A stretch of 64,000 bases of DNA from Naegleria gruberi. Taxonomy: Eukaryota. The DNA lies in assembly GCA_000004985.1 (NCBI GenBank), contig GG738891.1; one strand, given 5' to 3'. A program made the translations under genes and the position numbers. This document shows, one piece after another, positions 1 to 9,442 of the stretch. The notes beneath the pieces are model-generated. The model did no database searches and was not told where the DNA came from. It worked only from the letters and a program-made list of their open reading frames with translations. Position 1 is the stretch's first letter. Each line of letters begins with the position of its first letter.

Positions 1-88
1 AAAGACAATACCACTCAAAGTTGACAAAAGCCGTGAAGATTTTCCTCCAACTCAAAATCCTCCAACTCCAGAACCTTAGACATTTGGG

Positions 89-796
89 TTAAAAGTGTTT
101 TTTTGATGTTTTATTGGAAACTTGATGAAATACCCAAAGTGGAAAGTAAAATTGCATTGTTGATTGTTCATCGTAGGCAAATGAAGCTCTCCTTCTGAGA
201 ACACTTCTTCTCTTTACTGTTTTCTTAGTTTTGTGAATAGCAGTTGGTTGGTTAGGTGTCGAATTGTCATTCAGTGAGGTGGTTCTAGTTTCAGATATCG
301 AATTGGAATCAACCACCTTACTTATTGAAAAAGAGGTCTGTACATTCTCTTCAATGATCTGTTGGTGCTTTCTTTCATCAAGGTGATGATTTGAATTTTC
401 TTCTGGCATTTCTCTCTCATTTGTCATGATTATTGAAATATCTTGATAATAACTTCTTATCAAATCTTCGTAATCTAAAGATAACATAAGCTGTGTATCT
501 TCATACTTGTCAATGATTGGTTCCCTGCTCACTGGATCCAACAGTGAAGATCTTGTGGTATTGGTGGACAATGGTGGAGAAAAGGAAGGAGATGGAAGGG
601 AAGAGCTAGCTGATGAAGTTCTTGTTGGGGCCAATTCATCACGAGAATAGTATTGACTGTTAAAAGAACAAGATAACATTTGGTCGCTATTGACATTTCT
701 TGGCAAATTTCTCTTATTAGTTTCCTCTCGAGACGAATCAATGACGGAAACAAGAAATTTCAGCATCAGGTCTTCAACAGAAGTAATTTTCGACAT
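89..796 (-). CDS. hypothetical Ser/Thr-rich protein (235 aa)
   Basis: This is the longest ORF in the region and starts at an ATG. Its S/T/N-rich low-complexity composition resembles other coding regions here. I recognise no domain. Confidence 0.35.
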   Translation of the reverse strand: MSKITSVEDLMLKFLVSVIDSSREETNKRNLPRNVNSDQMLSCSFNSQYYSRDELAPTRTSSASSSLPSPSFSPPLSTNTTRSSLLDPVSREPIIDKYEDTQLMLSLDYEDLIRSYYQDISIIMTNEREMPEENSNHHLDERKHQQIIEENVQTSFSISKVVDSNSISETRTTSLNDNSTPNQPTAIHKTKKTVKRRSVLRRRASFAYDEQSTMQFYFPLWVFHQVSNKTSKKHF

Positions 797-1803
797 CTCT
801 GTTGGGATTGTTGTATTAGAAGTGTATCAATTTTGTTTGTTTTTGAAAATTGCTATTGAGCCAAACGAATTTCATCGAAACCAAGCGAAACAATATGGTG
901 GGAAATTTTTACTTTTCTTGTCACACACCTTCCCTTTGTGAATTGTCAAACTGTGACAGCGCTAAATCCAAATCCATAAGCTAGAACAGAAAAAGGCTGA
1001 TAATACACCATTGTTGACACTAGTAGCATCTTTCGTCCACTTTAAGCTAAATTTCTCCACCAATTTCACTATTGTTTTGGATTTAAGCAACTGTATTGTG
1101 TAACCAACAACTTTTTAGAATCGTATGTCCACGTCTTTGATGCTTGTAATACCTTGAAAATTAGCATGAAACCAATTATGCATTTCGAATAACAAAAAAG
1201 AATAAAACTGACCATATAAAAGGAATTTTGAATGTCCATAACAACAGAATCAAACCATATTGTTAAATAAATCACACTGTCCTCTAATACCGAATTACTC
1301 CGTTTTCTTATGCATCCTTAACTAATACTAAAAAACAATTCTATTTAGTAATGTGCCATTTTGACAAGTTTGCATTTGTCTTGAGATTTCACTCAGATTT
1401 TTTCATCCCACTTAAACATCCAATAAATCATGAAGTGATTCTTGAAAATATTTCCAATTTGTAAAACGTGTCATTTAATCACAAATCTTCAGAATCCTGC
1501 AAAATTTCACTCTTTGCAATATTTTGAAGAAATTTCTTCTTTTTCTTAATATTTAGAGGTAAATTTTTATAAAAGATGGAGTGGTTCAATAGTATTTTCT
1601 AATTCTCAGTTTTACTGTAAATTTCAAAAGGAATGTTTCGTCAGCAGTTTAGTTTATAAAACTAAATGAAAAATGTTAATTGATTTTAAATTTTTGGAAA
1701 GTGGACGAATATGAGGAAAATCCAAAATTAAATTGAATGAGATTGATTTTCAAAGGTAAATAAGGGAGCGGTAAAAATAGATTTCAAACACATCCTTAAA
1801 AAA

Positions 1804-3306
1804 ATGAAACCGAAATGTTGTATTGGAAATGTTTCGAATACTACAACTTGGACGTTTAGTTCAATAATGAAGAGCATTCCGATAGAAGTTATACAACACA
1901 ATATTTTCCCCTATATGGAACATGCTGATTTGAAATATTGTAGATTGGTTTGTAAACTGTGGGACGAATTTTGCCGAAACACATCAACATTTATTCTATT
2001 GAATGTTCAATTAAAATTTGATGAAGAACTGTTTCATTTAAACAGAAAAGGATTCGGTTTCCACGATTGGACAATCAACAAATTGAAAATTGTAAATAAT
2101 AATATTGACTATGAATATATTTATCAGATTTTAAGAGAAATTAAACGAAAGAGCGATTTGGAACATTTAATTTTGGATAAAAGAATTGATTTCAATCAGC
2201 CAATGAGTCAACTGGTATTAAATTTCCCAAATTTGAAACATTTTTCTATGAACAGCACAAATCTCACCAATCATGCTGGTTTGATTCGAATAGTTTCCAA
2301 TCTAGAAAGTTTAAAACTAAGAGTAATGAATTTGGAAAAGGACTTTCTTCTAAACTTGACCAATAATTTTGGATCCAATTTGGTAAAACTCAAAATTGGA
2401 GCAAGTTTTATTGGAAATGAACATTTATCATGTTTGACAAGCTGTAAACAAGCAAGAAATTTGAAATGTTTAGAAATTGTTTCAAGGAGACATGAAAAAT
2501 TTAACATTGAGGCTAATTTTAGTAATTTTAAGGAAGTGGAAGAGCTGAGTTTGGAATTTGGTGATGCCAATGGCGAAGCTTGTTTGAATGAAATTGTAAA
2601 GATTGAGAATTTGAGAGTTTTATCCTTATCGAGGATGAATCTGGGTGATATTTCTAAACATTTTGAAAAACTGAAGAGATTAGAAAGTCTTTCACTTCAT
2701 AATTGTAATTTTAAAGGATTGAATCAAGTTTACAAATTGCAGAGATTGAAATGTTTGAGTATTAAGGGAGGCACACTGGATGAGCAGGATGTTGTGGGAA
2801 TTTCACAATTGGAGTTGACTAAATTGGCTTTGGATCGTTGTGGAATCTCTGCAGATTTGATTTGTAAACATTCAAGAATGAATTCTTTGAGGGAACTTTC
2901 TCTAACAGGAATTCCGCTCACTGAGGAAGCAATTTCAATAATAGGCAGAGAATTTACCCAATTGAGAACACTCTCCATTAGTTCAATATCAATGGAAAAG
3001 GAAAAACTTCAAAGATTGTTAAGAAATGATTTGTTTAGCTCTCTAAGAAATCTCTCCCTCATATCTTGCAATCTCAATGATGATCATTTGGAAACAATCT
3101 TGGACACAACAAGTATTCTTTCCAGATTATCCAATCTCAATATTGATTTGAATGATTTTTCAGAGAATTCCCTCAAATCTTTGCAAAATCAAAATGCTGC
3201 CTCAATGACAACCATTTCTACCCGATCTAGAAAGTCCAGTTTCAGCAATTCTGATCGACCTACCTCTCCCAAAAGAAGAGAAAAACAAGGATGTCTATTC
3301 CAATAA
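1804..3306 (+). CDS. F-box / leucine-rich-repeat protein (500 aa)
   Basis: The ATG follows an A-run. The N-terminus has an F-box-like motif (IPIEVIQHNIFPYMEHADLKYCRLVCKLWDEF). It is followed by many ~24-28-aa LxxLxLxxC/N repeats of RNI/AMN1-like LRR type. Confidence 0.7.
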   Translation: MKPKCCIGNVSNTTTWTFSSIMKSIPIEVIQHNIFPYMEHADLKYCRLVCKLWDEFCRNTSTFILLNVQLKFDEELFHLNRKGFGFHDWTINKLKIVNNNIDYEYIYQILREIKRKSDLEHLILDKRIDFNQPMSQLVLNFPNLKHFSMNSTNLTNHAGLIRIVSNLESLKLRVMNLEKDFLLNLTNNFGSNLVKLKIGASFIGNEHLSCLTSCKQARNLKCLEIVSRRHEKFNIEANFSNFKEVEELSLEFGDANGEACLNEIVKIENLRVLSLSRMNLGDISKHFEKLKRLESLSLHNCNFKGLNQVYKLQRLKCLSIKGGTLDEQDVVGISQLELTKLALDRCGISADLICKHSRMNSLRELSLTGIPLTEEAISIIGREFTQLRTLSISSISMEKEKLQRLLRNDLFSSLRNLSLISCNLNDDHLETILDTTSILSRLSNLNIDLNDFSENSLKSLQNQNAASMTTISTRSRKSSFSNSDRPTSPKRREKQGCLFQ

Positions 3307-3370
3307 ATCAACCAACTCGAAATCCAATTTTAATTCTCATCCAACTCAATTAAAGTACATTTATTTACAA

Positions 3371-5029
3371 TTATTCCTCTTCCTCATCCACTACACATGC
3401 ATCATCGCTTTCATATCCACTTGTTGATTTTCTTGGCATACGATTACCAATAGTGCTCTGGAAACGAGGAGCATTTGGATTTGGGAGTGGTCTCCTAGAA
3501 TCACGAACAACAGCTCTCTTTCTAACTGGTATTTTGATTTTCCTCACTGTTTGTCCTTCATTGTCAACTTCTGCTGTTTGTTGTTGATTCACTCCTTCTA
3601 CTGTATTTGCTGTTGGTTGTTGACTCATTTCCTCATCACTATTCGATTTTACATCTTCCGTAGTATCGTATTGTTGTGGAGATTCTTGACGTTGATCAAC
3701 AACTGCTTGTCTTTGTTTTGGTGAAATATCCATAACTTCCATCACTGGAGGTTCTGTTAGATAAGTTTGTTTCGAATTATTCATCTCCAAAGGATTCAAC
3801 AAAACAGGTGGTTGATTAAACGAGGTTTGTGGAGAAGTAGGAGTTGGCAATGCTTTCAAATACCCACTATGTGTCTTTATGCCATTGTGTGGTGTTGTAC
3901 TAATTTGTGGAGGTGGTGCCTGTTTCTTCACTGGTTTATCCCAAGTTGTCGTGCCAGATTGTGCATGATGATAATAGTACTGATTGCTTCCGTAATCGTA
4001 GTAAGCTACCCAACCCTCTTCCAATTGTTCTTCCTGTTGTTGTTGTTGTGTTGTACTAGTAGTTGTTGTTGTAGTTGTTTGTGTGTTGGAAACAGTTGCA
4101 GTTGTTGAGGCAGTTGTTGAAGAAGAAGACGAATTATTGGAAGTGTTTGATGAGGATATTGAGGATGCTGATACTGATGATGATGATGATGTACTGCTGC
4201 TATTATTTGATGATTCATCATCTCCGAATATAGAATGTGCTTCAGCAATCAGGGTTGTCATTAAATTACTAGAATATTTGGAATCCTGGAGAATTTCCAT
4301 GTGACTTTGAGGAAGATCTGATTTTAACAAGTTAGGAGCAAAAACAATGGCCAAATTACTTGGCGACATTTTGTTAATACTTGAATTTGCAGCAACTTTC
4401 TTCAAGAATAAACATAAATTCTTTAAAATTGTAAAGTTTGTGGGTGGAAGAAACTTGATTACTTTTTGAATCATGACCAATCTTTGTTCTTCATCAGGAA
4501 TTCTCTGAATATTTGTGAATTTCATGAATAATTTTCATTTGAATTATATTTTCGAAAGTCAAATGATTCGAATAAGATCTAAAAACAAGTCTAAATAACA
4601 TACCTCAGCTGCCAAAAACATTCCATACTGTTCATATGTCAATAAAGGATCCATCAATTCTCTCAAATACAATTTCAGTAAACTACTCGCCAAGTGAATT
4701 TCATATTTCTCATACGGAACATCAAATTTAATATTTTGCTCTAATTGTTGAATGACTTCATCTTCATCTGATTTTTTAGGTGAAATTCTAAAGATACCTT
4801 CAATCTTTAGTCCATTTTCGTCTAGATAGGACATGGCTTTTAATACGAAAGGAGGTAAATCATTTGGATCGAGTGGAAGTTTCTTTGCAAAAACTTTGGA
4901 ATTTGCAAACTTTTCATTGGTTGGGAATTTTTGTGAACCTGGTGAGTTAGCAGCAACTGGTGATGATGGTGAGTTGGAATTGGTTGGTGGAGATGTCGAT
5001 TTCTTGTTATTCTTTTTAAAGATTTTCAT
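3371..5029 (-). CDS. RhoGAP domain protein with WW domain (2 exons)
   Basis: Exons are 4604..5029 and 3371..4504. The intron 4505..4603 is 99 nt (GTATGT...CAG, phase 0). Joining restores one RhoGAP domain (GIFRISPKK...LLKLYLRELMDPLLTYEQY / RIPDEEQRLVMIQKVIKFLP...NKMSPSNLAIVFAPNLL). A WW motif follows (EGWVAYYDYGSNQYYYHHAQSGTTTWDKP). The ORF-track start at 5092 is GTG, and the first ATG is at 5029. Confidence 0.75.
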
Positions 5030-5672
5030 CCCTTCTTCTTTGTTTTTATACGAAAGTAAACTAATGCTATTAGAAATATGATGAACACACACTATTGTAT
5101 GGTCAATATGAAGATGTTGAATGGAAGATGATGACGAAGGCTTTGTTGCTAATCCGAAAGTCCCAAATGATACTGTTGTGTTTTTGTGCTATTTTTTTTT
5201 ATGCTTGTCTGAACATTCATTGGACATTTGACGTGTGAGCGGGTCAGCCAACAGAAACTTGATTCCTAAAAACCCGTAAGTCTGAGGATTCGTGAGACTC
5301 GAGATTAATATTGGCAAAACGAATCCACATATTTCATTGTAATCAAATGCCAAATGCCAAACTGTCGAGACAATAAAGAATATAATCAAGCAAAAACAAG
5401 AGAAGATGTAAAAAGAGACAAGATATAAATTTCTTCATTGTGAAAAACATCAAATATTGCAAACGAACATGAAAACAGCAAGTAACACTATTTTCTAAAT
5501 TTATTCTTATTGAGGCAAGCTTTGATAGCATGAATTTTATTTCCTTTTGGGGATTGTTGTAAAATTAAAAGGAACAGGAAGTTTGGTAGAATGTCATGAA
5601 ATGCTTGCCGAATCTATTCGAATCAATTTTATTATTAATAATTCGAAATTAGGATCTTTTTTGTCGTGTCTG

Positions 5673-6350
5673 TTAAAACAACTTTCGCACAGATTTAATA
5701 ACCCAAAACGAAACTACACTTCCCACCAATACATTAATCAATGAGTTTACAATTATTGTAAAGGCATTCATCAAGACAATTTCAATTTTTTCAATGAAAA
5801 TTGGAATTATAATTTGAGAGATTGAATCTCCTAAAACTTCACTAATTGTTTTTCCCAATAATTTGCTCGCAATTTTCAGCTCAAAATCTTGTAACAATTT
5901 TAAAGAGCTAACGTTTACAAATTGTAATGGAAGTGAAGAGTTTGATAAATGTGGAATTGTAAAATAATCAAATTTCATAGAGATGGAAACATGTTCGAGT
6001 GATATTTTACCTTGATCCCAAATAAAATTCTTTCCTTTTTGGTTAATTCTTTGAATTTTGTAATCAAATTCCAAATTTGTTAATTTAAAGTGATTTAAAT
6101 TTTTCAAATCCAAAATAATAGTTGTATTTTCCACAGAGAAGAGTAAATTAGAATTGGAAAGTACTTGATTCAATAGTGAATATTTCAATTCGATGGATTT
6201 TTCAAATTTAATTGAAGAGAGAAAGTAAGATGAGAAACTTTCCGAAATGGCAGTTGAAGTTTTTGAGAGGAAGGTTGTATGTTCCAAGCCTGATGAATTT
6301 TCCAATAGAAAAAAACAAGCAAGCAACATTAGCAAAAACACGTGTTTCAT
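5673..6350 (-). CDS. hypothetical secreted or membrane-anchored protein (225 aa)
   Basis: The ORF has an N-terminal signal-like hydrophobic segment (VFLLMLLACFFLL) and a C-terminal hydrophobic segment (IIVNSLINVLVGSVVSFWVI). I recognise no family with confidence. Confidence 0.4.
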   Translation of the reverse strand: MKHVFLLMLLACFFLLENSSGLEHTTFLSKTSTAISESFSSYFLSSIKFEKSIELKYSLLNQVLSNSNLLFSVENTTIILDLKNLNHFKLTNLEFDYKIQRINQKGKNFIWDQGKISLEHVSISMKFDYFTIPHLSNSSLPLQFVNVSSLKLLQDFELKIASKLLGKTISEVLGDSISQIIIPIFIEKIEIVLMNAFTIIVNSLINVLVGSVVSFWVIKSVRKLF

Positions 6351-6484
6351 TTTTTTTTGAAATTAGAAACTTAAGTTTATGTAGTTTACAATGAAGAATG
6401 GTCCCTGCCATGAAAAATTGGATAGTAATTGCAATTGTTAGTTTTTGGAGTCATCTTAATTTTATTTTAACAAAGAAACAAAAA

Positions 6485-6602
6485 GACTACAGCACCACAG
6501 GTTCCCAAGTTGTCTCCAACCTCAGTACTGATGTGGCTCGACGATGCTTAACTTCTCAAATCGGACGGGATGAGGTGCATTCATCGTGATATGGCCGTAG
6601 CC
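6485..6602 (-). rRNA. 5S ribosomal RNA
   Basis: The minus strand reads GGCTACGGCCATATCACGATGAATGCACCTCATCCCGTCCGATTTGAGAAGTTAAGCATCGTCGAGCCACATCAGTACTGAGGTTGGAGACAACTTGGGAACCTGTGGTGCTGTAGTC, followed by TTTTT. It is colinear with the eukaryotic 5S consensus (GCCTACGGCCATACC..CCGATCTCGTCTGATCTCGGAAGCTAAGC..AGTACTTGGATGGGAGACC..GGGTGCTGTAGGC). The 5' and 3' ends pair as helix I. Confidence 0.9.
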
Positions 6603-6793
6603 ATTCAATTACTAGATTTCTGAGTTATAAATCAAAGTTGCAATCAATTTATTTTCGCAACTAAGCTTACCATGCAATTACAAAATAAAGTTGATAGACA
6701 ATTGGTGAAACAGACCTGCCTTTGAAGGATGTAAATCTTTATTGATCATTCCATCAGGTCTCAAAATAATCCTACCCTGGAAAATTAAAAATA

Positions 6794-6866
6794 TGCCGAC
6801 ACCAGGGATCGAACCAGGGACCTTAAGATCTTCAGTCTTACGCTCTCCCAACTGAGCTATGTCGGC
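6794..6866 (-). tRNA. tRNA-Phe (GAA)
   Basis: The minus strand reads GCCGACATAGCTCAGTTGGGAGAGCGTAAGACTGAAGATCTTAAGGTCCCTGGTTCGATCCCTGGTGTCGGCA. The 7-bp acceptor stem is perfect, the anticodon loop is CTGAAGA and the T-loop is TTCGATC. There is one T:T mismatch in the T-stem. A TTTTT terminator follows. Confidence 0.9.
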
Positions 6867-6978
6867 TTCTTAATTCATATGTGTAAGTATTAAGGTTCCT
6901 TATATAAGAAAATGGAACTTTAGCAAAGTTGCCTCTAAATTGGTTAAATAAAAAAACCTTTAAACTGTTAGAAAATGT

Positions 6979-9342
6979 TTAATAAAATGGTTCCCCTCCA
7001 TTATAAACGTCCAAATATTCGATTCCCTCGAACTGTCTAAATCTGAAGTAATGAGCACCTGCAACTGATTGAATTAGGGCAGGATCCATCTCACTTGAAA
7101 CTATTGAGGCATCAGGAATCATTTCTGATGTTACCCTTTCAACAATCTCTTTCAGTTTTGGAATGTTAAAAGTACCTCCGGAAAGGATAACATGCTTAAT
7201 CTTTGGTACTCTTCCATATGGCGAAGGAATCATTCCCTCTGTGATGGATTCTCTTAGTAACTTCTCAAAGTTTGCAAATTCGTTTTCACATAGAGTGTAA
7301 AATTCATCCCTTGTAACTGTAACAGAAGATCCATTTGAAAGTTCTACGATTGTGGAATTATTGATAGAAAGGGAACCCTTTACCTTTTCACATTGCTTAA
7401 GATCGATTGAGGAGCTGTGCTTTTCTTCCAAATGCTTCAATAAAATGAAACTGAAATCCTTTCCATTACAGCATTCCAAAAACTTTTCAAATATAAGATG
7501 ACTGTAGTAGTATTGAGAAACCTCACTGATATTGACTACTGGCTTACTACTTGACCAATTAACCACTAGACAATCACTGCCCATAATTGATTGGATGAAT
7601 GCATAAGGTATAATTTCTCTTCCATCCTCACAACATTGCAAGACTGACAATCCACAAGCTTTAGCAGATTCTACAACTAGATATTTATCCTCTGTTGGGA
7701 CTAGTAATTGTACAATTTTGGTTGAGAAGTATTTCACATTACCATCAAGATTGATCCGATCACTTGCATAGCTTGTCTCCATGTGTTGTTTGAATTCTCT
7801 GAATAATTCCTTCATTCTTTCACTGTTCGAATAAATATTTTCATCATTCGTTTGAATAACTTTTGCTGTTACTCCAACTGAATTACTAATTGAAATTGAA
7901 GCTTTCCATCGAGTTCTTCCACAATCAATTGACCAAGGAGCATGATTAAATTTACATCTGGAAATGATATTGTCTCTAATAGCTTGATCTCTTAAAGTAG
8001 TAATTGCCCATGAAATAACAGGTTGAATTCCATCCAATTCAGGATTGTAATCAACTCCCATAAATCCAGAAATGTAATGAAACTCTTTCCACTTTTGATG
8101 ATTCAACACCTCGACACTTGTTGCCGTAATTGGATTAGGGAAGCATCCAATTTCAAAAGCCTCTCTCCATCTGAAAACTTTTGCAAGTTTCTCAACTTCA
8201 GACTCTCCAGTTTCTTCAAACAAGTAGCCCTGAGAGAAATCATCAGTATATGGTTCATTTTCAGCAAATTTAGAATCCATCTCGATAAATTTCTGTAAAT
8301 GGTATGAAACTCTGTTCTCTTTATCATATGGGAAGAAGTAATTGATCCATCCAGAAATGAAATCAAAGCCACTGCTAGAATCAAAGAGAGCAATACCATT
8401 CCAAAATGTTTTCAACTCTTCAGTGAGAGTTTCTTCTTGGGCTGTTTTGATAATCCTATCAAGAATGAGTGTCAAAACCTTTCTCCACCAAGCCATATCA
8501 TATTCGTCAAGGAGTTTGAGCTTCTCTCTCATTCCCAACCAGTCATCCATAGTTCCCAAAATTGTAACACTTGGAAGACCACATAAGAAATCATTCTTAT
8601 ACGAATAAAAATCCTTAAAAGCTTCCATCAACAACATTTTCGAGGCAACTTTCTCAACTTGGGTAGAAGTTGAAAAGTTGTGATCTATAAAGTCCATCAA
8701 TTTGATTTTTCTCTCATCTCCCTTATGGGATGAAACATCATTTACAATTGCCTGATGAATTTCATTCACAACTCCCTCCCAATTAATCTCAGCACTCACT
8801 GGATCAATATATTGAGGCATAGCAACAACAATATCCATCTTGTTTTGCTTTTCTTCAGCATTGCCAATCAATTCAGGTCTCAAAGCCAAATGCTTTACCA
8901 ATCCCTGTGTAATCATCATCCAAATGTGATCAGGACTCACAATCAATGGATAATGTTCACTGTAAGCAGTACAATAACAAGCAACAACAGGATGAGGTCT
9001 CACCAATAGATTCTTCAATGCATAGACATTATCGGGTGAGTGTATGACACTGTAACGGGATCGAATTAAATCCTGATCAACTTTATCTCCCTTCTCAATG
9101 GTATTAGTAAATAATTGATTTAATAAAACTCTTTCAGAAGGCTGACTGTAGAGTTTGCCAATTTCATAGGGTTTGGCTTCTTCTTGTTCATCCTCATCAA
9201 TCGGATGCTTCTTCTTTGGAGTCCATGATGAAGCATAGAAGGGAGTAAAATCCCTCTTACAAAGAACCTTCATGTTGCGCAATTTTTTTGGAATTGTTCC
9301 ATCTTGTTCCTTAACAACAATATCTTTGATATCTGCTTCCAA
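6979..9342 (-). CDS. DUF4419-like domain protein with C-terminal actin/Hsp70-like ATPase-like region (787-aa ORF)
   Basis: This is a single long ORF. The N-terminal half carries the motif I associate with DUF4419 (HPVVACYCTAYSEHYPLIVSPDHIWMMITQGLVKHLALRPE). The C-terminal third has Hsp70/actin-fold-like motifs (WSIDCGRTRWKASI; VILSGGTFNIPKLKEIVERV; QSVAGAHY). The ORF-track start at 9342 is TTG, and the first in-frame ATG is at 9273. Confidence 0.6.
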   Translation of the reverse strand: MEADIKDIVVKEQDGTIPKKLRNMKVLCKRDFTPFYASSWTPKKKHPIDEDEQEEAKPYEIGKLYSQPSERVLLNQLFTNTIEKGDKVDQDLIRSRYSVIHSPDNVYALKNLLVRPHPVVACYCTAYSEHYPLIVSPDHIWMMITQGLVKHLALRPELIGNAEEKQNKMDIVVAMPQYIDPVSAEINWEGVVNEIHQAIVNDVSSHKGDERKIKLMDFIDHNFSTSTQVEKVASKMLLMEAFKDFYSYKNDFLCGLPSVTILGTMDDWLGMREKLKLLDEYDMAWWRKVLTLILDRIIKTAQEETLTEELKTFWNGIALFDSSSGFDFISGWINYFFPYDKENRVSYHLQKFIEMDSKFAENEPYTDDFSQGYLFEETGESEVEKLAKVFRWREAFEIGCFPNPITATSVEVLNHQKWKEFHYISGFMGVDYNPELDGIQPVISWAITTLRDQAIRDNIISRCKFNHAPWSIDCGRTRWKASISISNSVGVTAKVIQTNDENIYSNSERMKELFREFKQHMETSYASDRINLDGNVKYFSTKIVQLLVPTEDKYLVVESAKACGLSVLQCCEDGREIIPYAFIQSIMGSDCLVVNWSSSKPVVNISEVSQYYYSHLIFEKFLECCNGKDFSFILLKHLEEKHSSSIDLKQCEKVKGSLSINNSTIVELSNGSSVTVTRDEFYTLCENEFANFEKLLRESITEGMIPSPYGRVPKIKHVILSGGTFNIPKLKEIVERVTSEMIPDASIVSSEMDPALIQSVAGAHYFRFRQFEGIEYLDVYNGGEPFY

Positions 9343-9442
9343 AATATTTGTGCTTTCCCTTGTAAGGTGTTTTGTACAGTCCGCAGAGCAAAGATTGAGA
9401 AATTACAAAGGATTTGAAAATCATAAAATATATCTTACACGT

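Noticed and set aside
5189-5531. Two overlapping minus-strand ORFs (62 and 66 aa) might be one small membrane-protein gene.
   Set aside because: They can only be joined through a 36-nt intron with a weak GTTTTT donor, or by assuming an indel in the TGGCATTTGGCATT repeat. Evidence is too weak to call a gene.
6398-6589. ORFs overlap RNA genes: 6398..6589 over the 5S rRNA and 15512..15787 over tRNA-Asp.
   Set aside because: The sequence is explained by the RNA genes. The ORFs are fortuitous.
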